Source of the DNA: a bacterium
Lineage (GTDB): Bacteria > Patescibacteriota > Minisyncoccia > Minisyncoccales > UBA10102
Assembly (NCBI GenBank): GCA_030647485.1
Contig: JAUSJT010000003.1
Location: forward strand, 9,092-73,091
Direction of reading: 5' to 3'
Length of the DNA: 64,000 nt
This document shows positions 8,883-18,110 of this stretch, one piece after another; the first letter of the stretch is position 1, and each line of letters opens with the position of its first letter. A program made the translations under genes and the position numbers. The notes under the pieces were generated by a model. That model was given only the letters and a program-made list of their open reading frames with translations. It ran no database searches and was not told the DNA's origin.

Positions 8883-10106
8883 ATGCCCACGTACTTTTAT
8901 ACCGCAGCAACTATTCAGGGGGAGAAAGTCACGGGAAGTGAGAACGCAAAAAGCGAGCGGGACCTTGCGCGCTCTTTGCATGAAAAGGGGTATGTCCTTT
9001 TGAAGGTAGCTTCCGGAGAGCACGCAGATGCCAAGCGTACATTTGTACAAATGCTTGAGGGCCTGTTTTCCGTCCCCCTCTCAGAAAAACTGCTGTTTAT
9101 GAGAAATCTGAAGGTTATGGTGCAGGCCGGAGTGCCGCTCCCTAAAGCTCTTGAAATTCTTTCTTTGCAAACAGGATCAAAGCAATTAAAGAGTGCGATA
9201 GACGACATGCGAGAGAAGGTGATGCAGGGAGAAATGCTGTCTGTCGCTATGTCTCGGCATCCCGCAGTATTCTCTGATTTGTTCATAAATATGATCAGGG
9301 CGGGAGAGGAGTCCGGGACTATGGAGGGAGTCCTTTCTCACTTAACCCTGCAGTTAGAACGCGAGCATGATTTGAGGTCTAAGATCCAGAGCGCCTTGAT
9401 GTATCCTAGCGTTGTGGTGGTTGCGATGATCGGGGTTGGCACCATCATGTTGGTGAGCGTAGTTCCCAATCTGGCGAAAACCTTTAAGGAATTAGGAGTG
9501 GAATTGCCTCCGACTACCCGCTTTGTGATAGGTCTGGGGGAGTTTCTCTCGCATCAATGGTACATAGCTCTTCTTGTATTCTTAGCGGCTGGGTTTGCGC
9601 TGTATCGGGCCTTGAAAAGCAAGAAGGGAAAGTGGATTGTCGACGGACTCGTGCTGCGGCTTCCCCTATTTTCCTCCCTTATCCAGAAGATCAACTCCGC
9701 CTTTTTTGCTCGTACCCTTAGTTCTCTTATAGGGGCTGGTATCCCTATCGTGAAATCTCTTGAGATCACGAGCACGGTGTTGAACAACGGGCGTTTTCGA
9801 AAGGCCCTGGAGGATGCGGCAGAACAGGTGCGCAAGGGATCAAAGCTTTCCCAAAGCTTGAAGAGTTCTGGTAAGCTATATCCCTTGGTTGTACTCCAGA
9901 TGCTGGAAGTCGGAGAAGAAACAGGGAAAACAGGAGAAATCTTGGCCAAGCTTGCCGATTTCTTTGAGGAGGAGGTGAACGCCATCACCAAGAATTTCGC
10001 CTCTGTTATTGAGCCCGTGCTCATGCTGTTCATGGGGGCCATGGTTGGATTCTTTGCGGTATCCATGATCCAGCCCATGTACAGCGTGCTGGGGTCTATC
10101 AAATGA
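8883..10106 (+). CDS. pilC: Type IV pilus platform protein (PilC/GspF)
   Basis: Two T2SSF repeats (GEESG, GEETG), ALMYP, IEP, TM helices. Confidence 0.93.
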   Translation: MPTYFYTAATIQGEKVTGSENAKSERDLARSLHEKGYVLLKVASGEHADAKRTFVQMLEGLFSVPLSEKLLFMRNLKVMVQAGVPLPKALEILSLQTGSKQLKSAIDDMREKVMQGEMLSVAMSRHPAVFSDLFINMIRAGEESGTMEGVLSHLTLQLEREHDLRSKIQSALMYPSVVVVAMIGVGTIMLVSVVPNLAKTFKELGVELPPTTRFVIGLGEFLSHQWYIALLVFLAAGFALYRALKSKKGKWIVDGLVLRLPLFSSLIQKINSAFFARTLSSLIGAGIPIVKSLEITSTVLNNGRFRKALEDAAEQVRKGSKLSQSLKSSGKLYPLVVLQMLEVGEETGKTGEILAKLADFFEEEVNAITKNFASVIEPVLMLFMGAMVGFFAVSMIQPMYSVLGSIK

Positions 10107-10145
10107 AAGAGCTATGCTAAGTCAGGTGACCGAGGTACACGGCAC

Positions 10146-10186
10146 TTGACAGAGCTTGTTGGTATGTATATACTAAATGTATATAC
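10146..10186 (+). promoter_or_regulatory. Sigma70 promoter of the TA pair with probable autorepression operator
   Basis: TTGACA-17nt-TATACT overlapped by GTATATAC-N5-GTATATAC. Confidence 0.75.
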
Positions 10187-10204
10187 GTTAATCCGCCCTG
10201 CTTC

Positions 10205-10462
10205 ATGACCACAAAAATACAAAAATGGGGGAATAGTTTGGCAGTACGCCTGCCAAAGAAACTCATAACCCGTCTTGGATTGAGAGCGGGAAGTGAAGTT
10301 ATGGTAGACGAGCGCGAGCAGACCGTGCTGATAAAACAGGTGGTTTTGCCAGTAAAGACAATGGGGAAAAGAGGATGGAAGCAGTTTTGCATACCAACGA
10401 ACAACAAAAAAGAGAATATAAGTGGGAAGATAGATGAGATTCTCTATGGCAAGTCTTATTGA
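10205..10462 (+). CDS. AbrB/MazE-family antitoxin
   Basis: KIQKWGNSLAVRLPK signature. Confidence 0.9.
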   Translation: MTTKIQKWGNSLAVRLPKKLITRLGLRAGSEVMVDEREQTVLIKQVVLPVKTMGKRGWKQFCIPTNNKKENISGKIDEILYGKSY

Positions 10463-10820
10463 TAGTTCAGTATGGGTGGCCCTGTTCCTTGATTTTGATA
10501 CTCAGCATACAAAAGCGGAGCGTCTTTTTTCAAAACTCAAGGGGAAAATCTATCTTCCGTACTGTGTGCTTAATGAAGTAGCAACGGTTCTTGCGTACAA
10601 ACACTCAAAAAAACAAGCCAACCAGTTTTTGAGTTTTATCGAGGAAAACCACGATATTAACCTTCTGGAAGACAGCTCCACCGAAGAGGTATCATTTTAC
10701 AAGTCGCAAAGCGCAAGAATCTCTTTTAGCGATGCCGCGCTTCTCTTGTTCGCGAGAAAATTAAGTGTACGTTTTATTACGTTTGATAAACAACTTGAGC
10801 GTCTCGCACGAGAGATTTGA
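10446..10820 (+). CDS. PIN-domain (VapC-like) toxin
   Basis: LIDSSVWVA, LNE, SFSDA, ITFD acidic PIN residues. Confidence 0.9.
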   Translation: MASLIDSSVWVALFLDFDTQHTKAERLFSKLKGKIYLPYCVLNEVATVLAYKHSKKQANQFLSFIEENHDINLLEDSSTEEVSFYKSQSARISFSDAALLLFARKLSVRFITFDKQLERLAREI

Positions 10821-11684
10821 ATGAAAGGGTTCACTCTTACAGAACTTATAGTCGTCATAGCGCTTGCAGTGCTTTTAGGAGGATTGGCACTGCCCGCGCT
10901 CCGCATTGCGCAGAAAAATTCAGAGCTTCAAGCCACTGTTGAATCGTTGGTTAGCGTACTGCGTCTTGCGCAAAACAGAACATTGGGATCCGAAGGGGCA
11001 TCGCAGTACGGAGTGTTCTTTGATACTGCAGCTTCTCCTGACCAGTATATTTTGTTTAAGGGAGCTACATATGCGACCAGGAATGTTGCGGCAGATGAGC
11101 CGCATGTCCTTCCCCAAAGCGTGGAAATGTCCACAGTCACCATACCGGGAAGCGCCGTCGTATTCGCACGTGTGACGGGAGCTGTCTTGAATGCAGGTGG
11201 AGTAACCCTTAGGCTTGTTGCGGATCCCGCGAAGGAAGAGTCAGTGTACGTGTCTACTTCAGGGAGTATTCAAAAGACAAGCGCATTCGTGGCTTCAGAC
11301 CAGAACCGCCAGAAAGATTCTAGGCACGTTCATGCAGACTATGCGGGGAGAACCATTGCTACCGAGACAGAGAGCGTGCGCCTCGTTTTCCTCTCCACGA
11401 CGTATGACATTCCTATCGCAAGCAATATGAAAGACGGGCAGATATTTTGGGAAGGAGATATTCTCGTGGACGGCGCGACCCAGACATTGCAAGTTCAAAC
11501 CCATCGTCTGAATGATCCTGCGCTAGGCACCCAATTCTCTATTGTTCGAGACAAGAGCAAAAATACAAAGGCGTTGAATATTGAGATAAGCGGAGATGGT
11601 ACTGGAGATATCGTGCGATATGATGTTCAAGGTCAAACAACCAAAGGGAGTTCTCTCTATGTTTCTCTCCCCCTCTGGCAGTAA
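10821..11684 (+). CDS. Minor pilin/pseudopilin (FimT/GspH-like)
   Basis: KG|FTLTE class III signal peptide. Confidence 0.85.
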   Translation: MKGFTLTELIVVIALAVLLGGLALPALRIAQKNSELQATVESLVSVLRLAQNRTLGSEGASQYGVFFDTAASPDQYILFKGATYATRNVAADEPHVLPQSVEMSTVTIPGSAVVFARVTGAVLNAGGVTLRLVADPAKEESVYVSTSGSIQKTSAFVASDQNRQKDSRHVHADYAGRTIATETESVRLVFLSTTYDIPIASNMKDGQIFWEGDILVDGATQTLQVQTHRLNDPALGTQFSIVRDKSKNTKALNIEISGDGTGDIVRYDVQGQTTKGSSLYVSLPLWQ

Positions 11685-12180
11685 CAAAGGAATCTCTATT
11701 ATAGAGCTTCTTGTGGGAGCGGGGATTTTAACGTTGAGTTTAAGCGCATTGCTTGGATTTTTGGCGTTTACCCTTACAACCTCTTCTTTTCTTAAGCAGC
11801 AGGCAGAAGCTACGGCATTGGCAGAGGAAGCGCTAGAGGCGGTTCGCAGTTTTAGAGATGGGACAAGTTGGAACGTTGACGACCCGCAGAATCAGTATGA
11901 CGGACTGGGGCAGGTGCAAACAGGAGTCCCCTATCACTTGGGATTGTCTCTTGATGTTCCTCCTAGATGGCAGCTACTCCGTGAGGCAGAGACCATAGGC
12001 ATTTTTGCAAGAACCATAGTGTTTGAGAATGTGCAGCGGGACGTAAATAGCAATATCGTGGCAAGCGGCGGGGTACAAGACCCCGACACGAGAAAGGTGA
12101 CAGTGACGGTATCATGGACAGCTAGAACAAAGGCGCATGAAGTTGTTGTCGTCAGCTACCTTACTAACTGGAAACAATGA
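11659..12180 (+). CDS. Minor pilin (PilV-like)
   Basis: KG|ISIIE prepilin motif; RKVTVTVSW. Confidence 0.85.
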   Translation: MFLSPSGSNKGISIIELLVGAGILTLSLSALLGFLAFTLTTSSFLKQQAEATALAEEALEAVRSFRDGTSWNVDDPQNQYDGLGQVQTGVPYHLGLSLDVPPRWQLLREAETIGIFARTIVFENVQRDVNSNIVASGGVQDPDTRKVTVTVSWTARTKAHEVVVVSYLTNWKQ

Positions 12181-12686
12181 AAAAAGGATTCACTGTCATT
12201 GAGATTATAGCGTACGTGGCGGTACTGGGGATTATTGGAACCTCGTTCTCCGCGGTGTTGCTGTGGAGTATGAAAACGTACACAAAATCCCAGATTATGC
12301 AGGAAACCGCATGGAACGCGCAGCGGGCGATGGACATCATGGTGCAAGAAATACGGGAATCAAAACGCGTCTATACTCCCACAGCTTTAACCTCCCAGCT
12401 TTCTCTCGCAACTGCAAAGTACGCGCCCACAGGGCACATGGAGTCATTCATTGATTTCTTTGTATGCCAAGAGAAGCTCTGCCTGAAAAAAGAATCGCAG
12501 GATCCTGTGGCGTTGACTCTTGATAACGTACGCGTGACCTCGCTTTCTTTCTTGCGGGTTCAGAGTTCTCCTGCTACTGAATCGGTACGCATAACCCTGC
12601 AGGTTGAATATAAAAATCCGAATAACAGGCCAGAACTTATTTCATCCGTGGAGTTGAGCTCTGCCGCATCGGTGAGGAAACCATGA
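12177..12686 (+). CDS. Minor pilin (PilW-like)
   Basis: KG|FTVIE prepilin motif. Confidence 0.85.
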   Translation: MKKGFTVIEIIAYVAVLGIIGTSFSAVLLWSMKTYTKSQIMQETAWNAQRAMDIMVQEIRESKRVYTPTALTSQLSLATAKYAPTGHMESFIDFFVCQEKLCLKKESQDPVALTLDNVRVTSLSFLRVQSSPATESVRITLQVEYKNPNNRPELISSVELSSAASVRKP

Positions 12687-14074
12687 ACCCCGTTAGAAAT
12701 TTACAAAGGTATATACATGCGAAGCGCGAGTGGCGAATAGCCACATCTTTTCATGGGCGCAGCGCTTCGCCAATGACAGTATGCACCTATTCGGTGCGCG
12801 CACTGCGCTCTGTAATACACGGTAAATTTCTAAACGGGGTGAACCGCAACACTCAAAAAGGTTTTGCAACATTGTATTTCGTGCTTCTCGCGCTTTTTCT
12901 TGTTGTTTCTATAGCAGGAAGTTCGTTTCTCCTTGTATCCTGGCAGCAGCGCGTTGGGAGGAATACCCAGAATTCTGTCCAGGCGTATTGGGCAGCAGAG
13001 GCAGGGATAGAGGACGCACTCTTGCGTCTGAAAAAGGGAATGTCCTGGGTAAATCCCATTTCCTTTGCTGCGGGAGAAGGAGTGACAACCACTACCATTA
13101 TGGAAACTGCGCCTGGAACAAATCTTGTGGTAGCGCAAGGAGACGACTCATCCCGTGTTCGAAAGATCCAGGCGCTCCTTGAACTCTCTGGCATCACCCC
13201 CGTCTTTTTCTATGGCGCCCATATAGGAAGCGGAGGTCTGCAAATGGATAATCTGAGCAAGGTGATAGGAAACGTGTTTTCCAACGGGAATATTGCGGTT
13301 ACGTCAGGGCAGGCGGAGATTACCGAAACAGCTACGGTTGCGGGACTTGGAGGAAGCATATCGAGAGTAATTTCAAAGCATGCGTTCGCGGACATGTGTA
13401 CGGGTTCTAATATTGCGCAGGAGCTTCACGCAAATAACAAGGGAAACTGCACCTACGGCTCTTATATCCCTCTTGGAACTCCTCCAGCTCCCGTTCCTCT
13501 TCCCATCAGCGACGAGGGAATACAGCAATGGAAGGATGCCGCGCAGGCCGGAGGCGTGCACCCAGGGAATTATGAGCTTAGCGGAAGCAGCATTGCAACG
13601 CTTGGCCCCAAGAAAATTACAGGGAATCTCGAAGTTGAAGACAGCGCCATACTCACCCTCACGGGAACCTTGTGGGTTGCAGGAAACGTGGTAGTGCAGA
13701 ACAGCGCGCGGGTAAAACTTGCCAGCTCTTATGGGGCAACCAGTGGAGTCATTGTGGTAGACGGCACGATTACCCTGGGGAACAGCAGCATTTCTGAAGG
13801 GTCGGGCAACCCAGACAGTTATCTTATCTATCTTTCAACAAACTCTTCAAACCCTGCGCTCATCATTAAAAACAACGCCATAGCAGACATCCTGTATACT
13901 TCCCAAGGATGGATAGTAGTGGAAAATAACGCTCAGCTTGTTGAAGCAACAGGATATGGCATCCATTTAAAGAATAACGCCGTTATCCAGTATGAGACCG
14001 GCCTTCAGGATGCCAGATTTACTTCAGGTCCTGGAGCTTCGTGGGAGCTTTCTTCGTGGCAAGAAATTGAATAG
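12683..14074 (+). CDS. PilX-like minor pilin; first 52 codons derive from a MITE-like insert, alternative GTG start at 12839
   Basis: KG|FATL without Glu5, AYWAAEAGIEDAL, C-terminal SWQE. Confidence 0.8.
   Translation: MNPVRNLQRYIHAKREWRIATSFHGRSASPMTVCTYSVRALRSVIHGKFLNGVNRNTQKGFATLYFVLLALFLVVSIAGSSFLLVSWQQRVGRNTQNSVQAYWAAEAGIEDALLRLKKGMSWVNPISFAAGEGVTTTTIMETAPGTNLVVAQGDDSSRVRKIQALLELSGITPVFFYGAHIGSGGLQMDNLSKVIGNVFSNGNIAVTSGQAEITETATVAGLGGSISRVISKHAFADMCTGSNIAQELHANNKGNCTYGSYIPLGTPPAPVPLPISDEGIQQWKDAAQAGGVHPGNYELSGSSIATLGPKKITGNLEVEDSAILTLTGTLWVAGNVVVQNSARVKLASSYGATSGVIVVDGTITLGNSSISEGSGNPDSYLIYLSTNSSNPALIIKNNAIADILYTSQGWIVVENNAQLVEATGYGIHLKNNAVIQYETGLQDARFTSGPGASWELSSWQEIE
12687..12840. mobile_element. 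MITE-like element with terminal inverted repeats
   Basis: ACCCCGTTAGAAATTTAC ... GTAAATTTCTAAACGGGGT; TGAACC occurs at both junctions. Confidence 0.75.
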
Positions 14075-14093
14075 GGGGGTATAATGAAGCATT

Positions 14094-15215
14094 ATGCTTG
14101 AGTTTCTCAATATACATCCTTTGGCATTTGGGCTTGATATTTCAGACTTGTCTGTCAAAGTGGCTCAGCTCAAAAGGGGCAAGGGAGGATTTTTCTTGTC
14201 TTCGTTCGGAGAATTCCAAATTCCTGTGGGTGTTATAGAGCATGGGCAGATTAAAAAGGAAAAAGAATTAACAGAAATTCTAAAAGGGGTCAGAACCCAA
14301 GTTCAAGGGGAGAAGATCAAAACCCCATACGTGATTGCTTCCTTGCCGGAAGAGCAGGCATTCTTGCAGATTATTCAGCTTCCACGCATGAGTAAAGAAG
14401 ATCTTGAGAGCGCGGTGCGCTTTGAAGCGGAGAATTACGTCCCCTATTCCTTAGATACCATGGAGATAGATTTTGAACAGGTTGTCCCTGTTGTTGATCA
14501 TTTAAATCATGCTGACGTTCTTCTCGCCGCGCTTCCAAAAGCAACAGTAAGCTCGTATGTTGCCGTGCTGAAAGAGGCAGACTTTATTCCCCTTGCCTTG
14601 GAGATTGAATCTTCAGCGGTAACGAGGGCATTGATTCAGCAAGAGACGGCCCCGGTTCCCATCCTTGTAGTGGATTTGGGAGCGACGAGAACGAGTTTTA
14701 TCGTGTTTGCGGGGTATAGCTTGCGCTTCACGGCCTCTATTGCTGTTTCTTCCTCTCGATTCACGCAGTCCATTGCCGAGTTTTTGCATATAGGGTTCCA
14801 AGAGGCGGAATCCTTGAAAATCCAGTATGGGCTGGAAGATCAAACCTCCGCTTCCGGCAAGAAAGTGTTTGAAGCGCTTGTCCCTCCTCTCACTGATTTG
14901 ATTGAGCAGATTAAAAAGCACATTAATTACTATGAATCTCATGCTGGGCATGAGCATCTACAGCGCCCGATTTCAACCATACAAAAAATTATTCTGTGTG
15001 GAGGGGGAGCGAACCTGAAAGGCATTGCCCAGTTTCTTGTGGGAGAATTGCAAAAAGAGGTCAGCATTGGAAACCCGTGGGTGAATATCCTGCCCACTTC
15101 CCTCAAGGAACTTCCTCCCCTGTCTTTTGCAGAATCATTGAGGTACACCACTGCGTTTGGACTAGCCCTCAGGGCTGCACAATTATATGATCAATCTCCT
15201 TCCCCAAAAGGCTAA
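14094..15215 (+). CDS. pilM: Type IV pilus assembly protein PilM
   Basis: FGLDISD, VVDLGA, IILCGGGA actin-like motifs. Confidence 0.9.
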   Translation: MLEFLNIHPLAFGLDISDLSVKVAQLKRGKGGFFLSSFGEFQIPVGVIEHGQIKKEKELTEILKGVRTQVQGEKIKTPYVIASLPEEQAFLQIIQLPRMSKEDLESAVRFEAENYVPYSLDTMEIDFEQVVPVVDHLNHADVLLAALPKATVSSYVAVLKEADFIPLALEIESSAVTRALIQQETAPVPILVVDLGATRTSFIVFAGYSLRFTASIAVSSSRFTQSIAEFLHIGFQEAESLKIQYGLEDQTSASGKKVFEALVPPLTDLIEQIKKHINYYESHAGHEHLQRPISTIQKIILCGGGANLKGIAQFLVGELQKEVSIGNPWVNILPTSLKELPPLSFAESLRYTTAFGLALRAAQLYDQSPSPKG

Positions 15216-15750
15216 ACAAGAACTGCAGCAGGAAGAGAGATTCCGTCTCCTCTTAATTCTTCTGTTCATGTTCACGGTCGCTCTCGTGTGTTTTGCGTTG
15301 ATGCTTGGAGTTATCAAAGCGTATGTTATGGGGTCTCTCTTTGCGCAAGAATCCAAGATCGCGCTTCTTCAAGAGCGCTTTTCCAAGGATAATCCCGTGC
15401 TGACCGAAATCCAGGCGTTTAATGAAACAACCGCCCAGATTTCCCGCTCTATAAAGAGCAGTCGCTCAATTTCTTTGGTTCTAGAGTCGTTAGAGGATAT
15501 GCTTCCTGCCGGCATTCACCTCACTGCTTTTGATTATGATCCTCCTGGGGTTCAGGTGAAGGGTGGAGAAACGCAGCAGGTGCAGGCCCGGATTTCTGTG
15601 GCAGGGTTCGCGAAAACACGGGAGATTCTGTTTGCGTTTAGAGAGGGTCTTGAAAAGCACTCTCTCTTTTCCGAGCTTTCTTTCCCGGCTTCCAACTGGG
15701 TTCTGCCCCAGGATATCCGTTTTTCTTTTCAAATAAGCATTGCCCAATGA
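15187..15750 (+). CDS. PilN-like protein
   Basis: MINLLP motif plus a TM helix, follows pilM. Confidence 0.8.
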   Translation: MINLLPQKAKQELQQEERFRLLLILLFMFTVALVCFALMLGVIKAYVMGSLFAQESKIALLQERFSKDNPVLTEIQAFNETTAQISRSIKSSRSISLVLESLEDMLPAGIHLTAFDYDPPGVQVKGGETQQVQARISVAGFAKTREILFAFREGLEKHSLFSELSFPASNWVLPQDIRFSFQISIAQ

Positions 15751-16268
15751 CATCGCATCAAAAAACAATTGCCGTACTAGCGGCTTCTGCAACCATTCTG
15801 TTGGTATTCGTTGCATTTATCCTCTTTCCTCTTATCCGAAGCATACAAGCCGACTCTGTAAGGGTGTTTGCCGCGCGGCAGGAATTAAACCAAATCAGCT
15901 TGTATGAGGAACAGATCCAGAAATTTGAGGATTTATCAAAAACGAGAGAGGGAGATGTAACTTTATTCCGTAATCTTTTCGTAGACCGCCATACGCCGAT
16001 TGCATTCATTGAGTTCTTGGAGAAGTACTCTCAGGATTCCCAGATTTCCCTGAAGATTACACCAGTCGAGTCTCTAAAAAAGGAGGAAGACATGTGGGAC
16101 TCCATAGATTTTGAACTTACTGGTAAAGGAACGTTTCCCCATGCATTGTCTTTTATAAAACAGTTGGAATATTCTCCGTATCTTCTTGAATTCAAAAACG
16201 TTATACTACAACGGTTGGCAACCGGCGAAGTCGACTTCTCATTTCTTATAAAGGTGTACACGAAATGA
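15747..16268 (+). CDS. PilO-like protein
   Basis: N-terminal TM, coiled coil, G-x-F...FIKQLE; operon position. Confidence 0.75.
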   Translation: MTSHQKTIAVLAASATILLVFVAFILFPLIRSIQADSVRVFAARQELNQISLYEEQIQKFEDLSKTREGDVTLFRNLFVDRHTPIAFIEFLEKYSQDSQISLKITPVESLKKEEDMWDSIDFELTGKGTFPHALSFIKQLEYSPYLLEFKNVILQRLATGEVDFSFLIKVYTK

Positions 16269-16311
16269 CCCATTCGATTTCACTCAGGGTCATGGTGAAT
16301 AACATTGAACC

Positions 16312-16605
16312 ATGAAAAGAATCTCTTGGGGTACCATACAAAAAAGAGTCATGCGTCTTCCCTTGCTTGCCGCAGAGCATGCGTTCCCATTCACGTTGCT
16401 GTTGATGGGTATTGCCGGCATATTCTCTTTGATTATCTTTTTGTATGGGTTTTCCGTACAGACAAAACATGTGGAGCAGGGGGTATCCCTGTATGATGTT
16501 AAAGAGGAGCTCTTTTCGGATATGCTCGGATTATTAAAGGAACGCGAGCGCAATCTTGAGAGTGTAGACCAAAATACGTTTATAGATATTTTCAATCCAG
16601 ATTGA
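16312..16605 (+). CDS. Small membrane protein ending the pilMNO operon
   Basis: One TM helix, operon position. Confidence 0.6.
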   Translation: MKRISWGTIQKRVMRLPLLAAEHAFPFTLLLMGIAGIFSLIIFLYGFSVQTKHVEQGVSLYDVKEELFSDMLGLLKERERNLESVDQNTFIDIFNPD

Positions 16606-16786
16606 AGAAAACGCACTTTTATGCTACAACACGCAGGTAGTTAGTTTAATCAGTTTACAATGATATCTGCTTTGAGAAAACGATGTGCGTTCCGCAGTTT
16701 TCTAAAGCAGACCCTGGGTTTGCAGTATTCGCCCCTCGGGGACTCGGGGCGCGCAAACCCGCAAAAAGCAAAGCAGTTTGCTTTTT

Positions 16787-16858
16787 GCCCCTGTAGCTTA
16801 ATGGATAAAGTAGCGCTCTTCTAAGGCGTTGATGTGGGTTCGATTCCTACCAGGGGCA
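16787..16858 (+). tRNA. tRNA-Arg(TCT)
   Basis: GCCCCTGTAGCTTAATGGATAAAG...CTTCTAA...GGTTCGATTCCTACCAGGGGCA. Confidence 0.92.
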
Positions 16859-16878
16859 CAAGGTATGAACGTATGGAT

Positions 16879-16953
16879 GGAGGCTATGGTGTAATGGCAG
16901 CACAACACCCTGTGGAGGTGTCAGTACGGGTTCAAATCCCGTTAGTCTCCCCA
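16879..16953 (+). tRNA. tRNA-His(GTG)
   Basis: Encoded G-1, loop CTGTGGA, encoded CCA. Confidence 0.92.
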
Positions 16954-16959
16954 ATAAAT

Positions 16960-17466
16960 ATGGAACAAGAATTTATCACAATCGCAGAGGCAGTGCGCTT
17001 AACCGGACAGAGCGATGTTGATTTGATGCGCCTCTTGAAAGATCGCATGGAATCTAGTGGCCTTAGTATAGAAAGCATCACAAGAAAAGAGCAGAGGGGA
17101 AGCCGCATGATGTATTTAATAAGCAGGGAATTTCTATTGAGGGAGCTTGATATAGCGCAAAACCTTAAAGTGGATATTCCCCAAGAAGTCGTGAAAGAGC
17201 CAGAGCAAGAACAGCAAGTCCCTTCCACTGTTTTGCTTGCAGCAAAAGACGAGATGATTGGAACGTTGCAAAAGATTGTTGAAACGAAAGACAGGCAAAT
17301 GGATGACCTTTCAAAGAAAATAGATGAGCTTATAGAACGGGACCGCGAGACTAACTTTCTTTTACGGGGGCTTCAAGAGAAGATCTTTGCCCTAGAGGAG
17401 CCCAAAAGAGACATGCCTTCTGCAGAGAAGGATGAGGCAGTAAAAACAGAAAAGAGTAAAAAATAA
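16960..17466 (+). CDS. Hypothetical protein, possible N-terminal HTH plus coiled coil
   Basis: FITIAEAVRLTG; heptad-rich C-terminal half; ATG immediately after tRNA-His. Confidence 0.65.
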   Translation: MEQEFITIAEAVRLTGQSDVDLMRLLKDRMESSGLSIESITRKEQRGSRMMYLISREFLLRELDIAQNLKVDIPQEVVKEPEQEQQVPSTVLLAAKDEMIGTLQKIVETKDRQMDDLSKKIDELIERDRETNFLLRGLQEKIFALEEPKRDMPSAEKDEAVKTEKSKK

Positions 17467-17494
17467 AAACCCCGGCTGTAGCCGGAGGTTTTTA
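17465..17494. terminator. Bidirectional terminator
   Basis: AAAAACCCCGGC-TGTA-GCCGGAGGTTTTT between convergent genes. Confidence 0.7.
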
Positions 17495-17507
17495 TTCTCT
17501 GCCTCCT

Positions 17508-17687
17508 CTACTTTTCTTCTTCTATTCCGAAATCATCGTCGAGGTCTTTGTCATCATCAGATTCTTTGGTTTCGTCTCCCTCGAGCTCGTCATCTTCAAG
17601 AGGATCTGACTCTTCTTCTCCTAGCTCCCTTCCCTCGTCTTCTTGAAAAGAAGGGAATAAAATCTCGTCTTCAAGTGCCATAGCCAT
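17508..17687 (-). CDS. Small, extremely acidic protein
   Basis: About half the residues are D/E; upstream TTGACA-16nt-TATAAT on the minus strand (17767-17740). Confidence 0.6.
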   Translation of the reverse strand: MAMALEDEILFPSFQEDEGRELGEEESDPLEDDELEGDETKESDDDKDLDDDFGIEEEK

Positions 17688-17994
17688 TCTTTCGCATAAA
17701 AAGATCCAATAAGGACCGACCTTTTTAAGTACAAAACCTATTATAGACACAAAGATTATCTTGTCAACCCCTTCTGGGGAAGTTCTCCACAGGCCTGCCT
17801 CGCCGAAGCTTTAGCGAAGGCGGGAGTTGAAGTGGGGGTGTTTTTGTGATATTCTTGAACGGTAGTTCTTTCTAGCTTTTTAGTGTATTCGCCTTTGGCG
17901 AACCCGGGCCGAGCCCTTGTATGTCGTTCCGTCTCATCGGCGGAACATGACAATTAAGGTTGCTCGGCCGACAAAAACCAAGCAGTTGGTTTTT

Positions 17995-18066
17995 GTCCCC
18001 GTAGCTTAACGGATAAAGCAATTTTCTCCTAAGAAATTGATAGGGGTTCGATTCCTCTCGGGGACA
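17995..18066 (+). tRNA. tRNA-Arg(CCT)
   Basis: GTCCCCGTAGCTTAACGGATAAAGC...CTCCTAA...GGTTCGATTCCTCTCGGGGACA. Confidence 0.9.
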
Positions 18067-18110
18067 CATGTTCAGTTGTACATTGAAATGATTTGTGGTA
18101 CAATTATGTA

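Noticed and set aside
16834-16959. N-terminal extensions of ORFs 16834, 21415, 49160 and 53920
   Set aside because: They run through tRNA genes or repeats; downstream ATGs were used instead.
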